DNA of 64,000 nucleotides from assembly GCA_951406725.2 (NCBI GenBank), contig OX597830.1, positions 44,578,001 through 44,642,000 on the forward strand, in the 5' to 3' direction. How positions within the stretch are numbered: position 1 is the stretch's first letter; the number at the start of each line of letters is the position of its first letter. The notes under the pieces were generated by a model. The model did no database searches. It had not been told where the DNA came from and saw nothing but the letters and a program-made list of their open reading frames with translations. The position numbers and the translations under genes were made by a program. Source of the DNA: Octopus vulgaris (lineage: Eukaryota). Positions 1 to 64,000 of this stretch are shown one piece after another.

Positions 1-355
1 CAAGGTTGCTAGGTTTGTGGATTTTAGGAAGAAAATAAATTGTGGGGATGAAGTTGGATGCGATGGGGAGATAGGAGTTGAAGATGAGGTCATGGATAGT
101 GGAGGACACCGTCTGTTGGTTGCTAGGCGTGGGGTTGGAGGGCAGAGGGCCGTAGGAGGAGTTGTCTTGAAGTTGGCAGAGAGCCTCAGCCTTGTAGAGG
201 TCCGTGCGCCACACCACAGCGGCTCCACCCTTGTTGGCCGGTTTTATGATGATGTCTTTGCGGCATCAGAGATATCAAAGAGCCAAGAGTTCTGCTGGGG
301 AGATGTTCAGATGTTGGGGACGCTTGGAAAAGTCCAACTGATCCACAGAGCGCTG
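1..355 (-). mobile_element. Penelope-like element (PLE) RT N-terminal fragment, degraded
   Basis: Minus-strand translation includes DIIIKPANKGGAAVVWRTDLYKAEALCQLQD and IYFLPKIHKP, the PLE IKPADKG...YxLPKIHK motifs. Confidence 0.8.
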
Positions 356-1378
356 GTAGGCACCCGACACACACACATGAATATATATACACGCACACAC
401 GTGTAAGTATATGTTCATATATGTACATATATTTGTAAATATGTGTCTATGTCTATGTGTATATAGATATATGACTGAGTGAATATATTTACCTATATAA
501 TTTGTATAACAGTAAGAAATACGGAATACAGAAAAAAACAACATTTTTTCTGTATACTTATTTTATTTTGTATGACTACACGTGATCTTTCTGCATTACC
601 TGTTTGTATGATTGAAATCTACCTGAAGTTGACAGGGCTTTGCACTGATATTAGTCTAAGAATGCGTAAATGAAATGCTACCGAAACAGCCGTTGTGAAT
701 TTTGAACCACGCTTTTTTCATGTTATACATAGGATACAGTTTGACATCACTAGGTTGGATCTACAGCTAATATTGATTTGAGTACCTATGTGTATATATA
801 CAGTTATATAAGGGTAAGATCCAGGAATCAAAGTGTCGGAAATTTTTAACCATCAAACGGTCCATAGCAGGTACAGAATGCAAAGAGTGGACAGTGTATG
901 ATTAGAAATAATATCAATTTATTGGTGTTGAATGTTACACACTTTTCCCATATTAAAGTTACGAGGAAATTCAATAAGCTGAAACGTTCTGTACAGCTCA
1001 CGGTTAGAAAATAGAGTTGTTATGAATGCGTATAAAATCCAAATTAAGAGAGTGGAAATCCAGTCTACATAACCTCTGATGTAATAATTACTCAAAATGG
1101 TACTCATCTAAGCTGTTCATCAAACTAAGAATACATTAATTATATGAAGGTTACATTGCCGCTTGGGAATTCAAGATTAATACGCTACAAATGTGAGTTA
1201 ACGGTCTGTGGTGAGGTAACTTGGAATTTCCAGGCGACAAAGTAACCTTCAGGTGATTAAGGTATTTTCAGCCTGATTATTATCTACGTTAAGTATGTCT
1301 CGTTGAGTAATTATCACATCAGAGGATCAGCTGATTAGGAAACACATGTAGGTTGCATTTTAATCGTGTTACACACAT

Positions 1379-1382
<4 letters not shown>

Positions 1383-1470
<88 letters not shown>
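1383..1470. repeat. (CA)n(TA)n compound microsatellite
   Basis: Read directly from the sequence. Confidence 0.95.
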
Positions 1471-1473
<3 letters not shown>

Positions 1474-2429
1474 CACTTTCTAGGCTTCTTTCCCCCAATG
1501 ATCTTATTTCCCAACCTCTCTACATTTAACCCTTCCATTTTTTTCCCACTTTTTACATATACCTGCCACCTCACACTTTTCCACTTATTACTCATATGCA
1601 CACATCATTAACAAGATATTATATACAGATACACACGCAAACGTACATAGCGTCATACACATACTAACAACTAAACATGCTCGGCCCCCACTCACACAGA
1701 AACATATGCCAGGTGCATAGTTCTCCCTCACGTCACTCCCGCCTAAAGCGATCTTTCTAATTCTTCCAGTCGTCCACCCTTCCGTGATTGTTAGACATAT
1801 GTGTATTTCAATTTCTCAAATTACCCTGCTACGTTCTGTTCTTTCCATGTCTATCCTATCTTTCAGAAGAAGAGCGAATACTGGAAATATAAATACTTTC
1901 TTTTTCTTTTTTTCCACCAAACTAATACCAACTCAGTGTATATGTTTTACGTTGCTTTTGTTTTGTTTCTTCGTAATATTTGCAACATTTATAATTATGT
2001 GCAGGTGCATATATATATTTATATACGTATGGAGAGTGAAATAGTGGGGAAAGAATGGTGAAAACTATAGAGAAATAAACAATAAATATTTTACAAGCAT
2101 TCAAATTATTAAAATTTACCATTATAAAATTTTTGAAATACATTCATAACATTAGTTAGGAATGTATTTGAAATACTTTCCTTCCTTTCTAGCAGAAGTA
2201 AAAGTCGATTTATTAATGGTTCACAACATGAAGTGATAAAAATATATTATCTTACTTTCTGCTGAGTCTTTTCAAATATTAGACGTTTTACGATATAACT
2301 TCTGTCCCACACAAATGCGAGCCTCAAATTTTCTAAGTTGTTGTTCTGCGCTGTAATATAGATTTTAGAACAAACAGTCAGTCGATATTTAAATGTTCTT
2401 TTATCAAATCCAAATATTTAATAAACTCT

Positions 2430-3160
2430 GCATGGCTAATTTTAGAGAGCCACTGAAGTCATACGTGAAACAAAATCCTGGGCTTTTTTTTAAAAAGAGG
2501 ATGTTAATAAAGAAACAGAGAGCCTAATTATAGCAGCCTAAAATCAAGTGATAGAGACAAACAATTTGAGAAAAAAAAAAAATATATGTACAGAATTTGT
2601 CAGAAATGTGTAGAGCCTGTGAAACTTGGAACAAGACAGAATGCCCCAATTTGGCACAGTAAGAATATAAGAAATGGAGGCACGACAAAGTTGTAAATGT
2701 TATACACTGGAAACTGTGTCAGAAATGGGGATTTTGAACCTGGAAACACATGGTATAATCATTGAGTTGAAAGAGTACTGTAGCCGGAGAAATGTATGGC
2801 TTTGTGGGACTTTCCTATTCGAAGGGACGAGAAATTTAAAATGATAGACCAGACATAAATATTATAGATAAGGAAAAGTGACTTTGCTTACTAATTGACC
2901 CATCATACCCGTTTGATCCCAGGTTCGTAAAAAAAGTTGAAGAAAAACAAAAAAATACAATCCCCTAAAATTAGAAATAGGAAGAATTTGGAGCATGCAA
3001 ACAGTAAAGGTCGTTCATATAATAATTGGTTCTTTGGGAAGAGTAAACCAAGCTATAGACAAATGACTGAGGGAGATTGAAATATAATGCCTGGTAGAGT
3101 TCCTACAGAAGGTTTGTTTTTAAGGGACAGCAAGAATTATCAGGAGGATTCTAAGCACTT
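2430..3160 (+). mobile_element. Dong/R4-clade non-LTR retrotransposon, restriction-like endonuclease (RLE) 3' fragment, degraded
   Basis: Interrupted translation: ECPNLAQ.EYKKWRHDKVV.VIHWKLC, LWDFPI, RPDI, IIIGSLG, GTARIIRRIL. Confidence 0.8.
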
Positions 3161-3319
3161 GAAAGACTGCTGTAAAAATTGTGGCTACTGAACGTTACAG
3201 AAAGTAACTCGATATCTGTATAATTCCTAACCAAAATAAAACCGAACTTGAGCCAAACCAAAATAACAACAACAACAACAACAACAATAATAATTATTAT
3301 TATAAAGTCAAACAAAAAA

Positions 3320-4800
3320 AAATAGCAAGAAATGCCACGCCAACAACAAGCAATATGGAGCAACCCATAAAGCACAACAAAAATGTTCAGTGGATTAATA
3401 GGGAAAAGGAAAGAACGCAATAGAACAACAGATATGGTCCACCATCACAGGCCACGATACCATGGATACACTGAGGAGTATCATCAACTGGAAAACTCCA
3501 GAGATAGACAAGATCCCCACCTTCTGGTTGAAACACCTCACCAATACACATAACCACTTAGTACAGTACTGAATTTGTTGACAAGTGAGCCAGAATCATC
3601 CCCAAACTGTATGCTGGAAGGACAAAACATCCTAATTCTCCAAAACAACGACACCATACACTCATGAAATTACAGACCAATAACATGTCTATCAACACCC
3701 TACAAAACCCTAACATCAGTCATCTATAACTGACTTATAAATCACATGGTAAATAACGTTTTACCAGAAAAACAAAAAGGATGCTGGAGAAGGATGTATG
3801 GTTGTAAGGATGTATGGTCTTCTAGAAAACCGAACCATAATAGAGAACTGTAAGATGAGAAAGACAAATATGAACATGACTTGGATTGATTACTAGAAAG
3901 CATTCGACAGTGTTCCACACTCATAGATACTGGAATCTCTCCACACAAATAAGGTAGCTCCACCATCGCTAACATATGTTAAACATGCAATGGCAAACTG
4001 GAAGACCAATATAACATTTAAAATATGATTCACGACTTATTAAAACATACCATATACCCATAAAAAGAAGGATTCTCCAGGGAGATTTACTATCACCCCT
4101 ACTTTTCTGCCTTTCTCTGACCCCACTCACAAACGTGTCACACGAAACCACCATGTGTAACAGGTGCTATGTACAAAAAATAAGCCATCTCCTGTACATG
4201 AATGACCTAAAACGTTTTGCTAAAATCACCATGGAACAGAGAAACCTTAGAAAAATTGCTCAGTGTTTCAGCAATGATATCGGAATGAGTATGGGGCTGG
4301 ACAAATGTACCAGAATCCCACTGAGAAGAGGTAAATTATTCAGCATTGAAAACCCTGCACTCGATATAGACACAGAAATTAGAGAATTAGACTACAAGCA
4401 CCCATACAAATATCTAGGAATAAACGAAACAGCTAAAACGCAGCACACCGAAATGAGAGGAAATTAGACCAATATTAAACTCTGAACTTAATACTAAAAA
4501 TAAGATAATAGAGATAAACGGGCAAGCGATACCAGTCATACTACAGCTTTGACAAAATATACTGGAAGATCAGTGAATTGAGAAACCTAGTTAGAAAAGC
4601 TGGAAAACTTCTAACAGCGTACCGATGTCACGACCCCAAAGCAAACTCAAACAGAATATATCTACCCCGCTCAGAAGGAGGCCGTGGCCTTTATACAGAT
4701 AGATAATTACTATAAAACAACGACAGTTGGAATAGCAAAGTATTTAGTCCCAAAAAGTGGATGACTACTGCATGTAATAAAACAACATGAGAATAATATT
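3320..4800 (+). mobile_element. Dong/R4-clade RT remnant
   Basis: Motifs NYRPITCLST.YK, WIDY*KAFDSVPH, QGDLLSPLLFC, ISHLLYMNDLK, MGLDKC, YKYLGI and YLPRSEGGRGL, with many stops and frameshifts. Confidence 0.85.
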
Positions 4801-5660
4801 AATATATGAAGAAGGCTAAAAAGCTCGCGTAATCATAAAGATTACTAAAAGTTAAATAAATTCAGCTCCTATACCTACTGACATTTATGATTTATATAAA
4901 CATATATGTGTGTGTGAGAGAGAAAATTTAAGGACAAGCAAGTTAAGGAAGTCGATTTACACAGAATATTAAATAAATTTATACAAATAATGTACATGTG
5001 TATGGATATAGTACGACTTCCACAGAGTATAAATGTTATCAGGAGTTAAATGGATTGAGTTTTATGAGCCTAACCGCTGTTTCTGAGTCTGGTGGTCCGG
5101 AATAATGATAGTTACTTGGTTCTATCATCAGATAACACCGCCTCCGTCTTCAGGGATGAATTTTAGGTATTTGAGGTATTGACAGGATGAAGTTTAAAGA
5201 TGGAATGATTTTCTGGAGAACTAAGTGTATTATGAAGAGGGGTTAGGGGTGTTTAGATAGAGAGTAGTGACAAGAGAAAATAGATTTCAGGGTTAGGGTT
5301 AATAATTACTGTAGGATGGCTTCCCTTTGCAAATACCGATAGATCACAGAAAGTGTATCAATAGCCAGCTGGAGAAGATGTTCTCCTGGGGCTACAAGCT
5401 ACAGTAACACCCACCCTTAGTGGTTAGCCATATTGAGATGGCAAATATACCTCACATAATATTATTATTGTTTCCCTAAATATTTCATCCTAAATTAGTT
5501 TTTTAATGTTTCATGCTAAAACTAACTCTGAACTTTTTGGTTGGTGTATAAATTAGTGTAATTAGTGACAACTAATTTAAATTACAATCATATGTAATGA
5601 AAGTCAAATTGATTGGAAAATATCAAAAGCTGAAAATATAATTTTTTAAATATTTCTTAC

Positions 5661-62440
<56,780 letters not shown>

Positions 62441-63577
62441 CTAGAAAATAATACAAACAATATTATTTGCAAATCAAAATGACGGAGTGAGATTTTTTAG
62501 CGGTTAAAACCAAGATTTAAGTAATATGAAGAAGGAGGTATATAAGTAACAATAGTATGCAGAAAAACAAAAAATAACTACATCTAATAATCTACACACA
62601 CATATAAACACAGAAAAATACATTTATTTAAAAAGTCATTTGTGCTTTCAGTTTAGTTTTTGTGATCTGAACATATTTATTATTGTTTCCCAATAGAAAT
62701 TTGCATTCTCATCTACAATTATTGTATTTTTATATGGTTCAGTATTTGCGATGCGATGTTTGTGTAAATGTTTTGTATTCAGAGGCTGGATCACCACAAT
62801 GCAGTATCTGCTTCGTAATCAACTTAAATAGCCCCTCTCGTAATATTTCAGCATCGAACGTTCGATCTGCCGAGGATACCCTCTCTTCACCCTCTTATAA
62901 GTTTTGGTGTTGGAGGCTTTACTGTATAGACAGGAGATTTTGTGGGGTCCTTCGCTGGAACTAGGTCACAGGAAAACCATATCTACATACAAGGACGCCA
63001 CCACTGTCATGTTGGATACTTCGGATTTGTGGTATCATGGTATCATTCTTGTAGGGACTTTTTGTTGAGCTGTATCTAGGTATAGGTGATCACTCGTCAG
63101 ACTTAAATTACTGAAGGCGCATCAGTTATTTGTGTCAGAAGAGTCACCTATACTGCTAAGCACTTTATCGGAGAGATATCAATGCTCACTCTATGACCGG
63201 CCTATAACTTTTGACCTTCTAAAAGATACAGTACCGCTTTAATGCTTTAGAATGTGCTTTTTGATTAAACAATTTCCACCTAAAGTGCTGTTCCCATTTC
63301 CTTAAATTACATTATGATCAGCTTCTTCCACTAAACCGTTAGTTTTCTTTAAAAAATTGTGTTCTCCTGGTTTATAAAAAAGTTTTCACAATAAGAATAG
63401 CTAACCACAAGTGTTCTTCTTTTGAAAATTTTTATATCTGTGACTAGCAGGAAAGCTTAAGGTAATTATTCTTGTAAAAGCTTCGGTATCTCGGAACAAT
63501 CTGACCCATAATGTAATTGTAAAAATCTGTGTAACTCTCCTTTAGATGGGAATTGTTTTATTAAAAGCATGAACGTA

Positions 63578-63703
63578 TATAAGAAATGACTGATATGGTT
63601 GTTAACTTTCATGTAAATGATAAAGTTGTATCCATCTGGCCAACATATAAGAAATGACTGTCAACTTTCATTTGGACGATAGAGTTGTTTCCTTCTGGCC
63701 AAT
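63578..63703. repeat. Diverged two-copy tandem repeat of ~60-70 bp
   Basis: tataagaaatgactg...aactttcat...gata.agttgt.tcc.tctggccaa occurs twice. Confidence 0.8.
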
Positions 63704-64000
63704 ATCATCATGGGTGCATATAACCCCCTGAGCTATGATCTCCGGTATTTCAGTCTATAAAGGAAACAAACATCGCACAGGCTTTGACTTATGCCTAGTA
63801 CAAGATAACTAAATATAAGTTTAAGGAAAACTAAAAACATAATTTACTGAACTTAAGTATCACAACAAACAAAAATACAAATAGCTTTTCTTAGACGAAT
63901 AAATTATGACCTTGACAATATCAATTCAAAGTTATTCCTTCTGCAAATTTTTGTTTTGTTGTTCACATGCAAAATCTTCTTGATAGACAATTTTTCCTGT

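Noticed and set aside
17-406. 129-aa plus-strand ORF
   Set aside because: Antisense shadow of the minus-strand PLE RT fragment
356-5600. Next TRPM exon (expected QLxLALxWNRxDIA motif)
   Set aside because: No matching exon found by eye; it probably lies beyond the left edge of the window

Overview
AT-rich, repeat-dense eukaryotic DNA with spliceosomal introns. The repeat content (RTE tails ending in (GAT)n, Dong/R4 fragments in (TAA)n, recurrent SINE-like repeats, very long TA/TACA tracts) suggests a cephalopod such as Octopus; this is an inference. One host gene spans almost the whole window on the minus strand: the 5' part of a TRPM-family cation channel. I read 12 phase-compatible GT-AG exons between 62440 and 5661, encoding an N-terminal extension plus the MHR1-3/SLOG region; the rest of the gene should lie left of the window. 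The first four exons are a tandemly duplicated micro-exon pair (A-B-A'-B', about 16.5 kb period) whose intronic flanks are still alignable while the exons have diverged. The introns hold mostly decayed transposons: Tx1/L1 ORF2, Dong/R4, RTE, CR1-type, Penelope-like, Gypsy, hAT, Chapaev3-like, a full-length mariner and small foldback elements. The most unusual locus is 57.9-62.0 kb, a three-level nest. A Tx1-type ORF1 element is split by a ~350-bp tandem repeat that carries a minimal type I hammerhead ribozyme and an inverted terminal copy (retrozyme/Penelope-like architecture). That repeat is itself interrupted by an ORF1-only element with a 13-bp target-site duplication. Most short ORFs in the supplied track are microsatellite or antisense artefacts. 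TE boundaries are approximate unless TIRs or TSDs are quoted.
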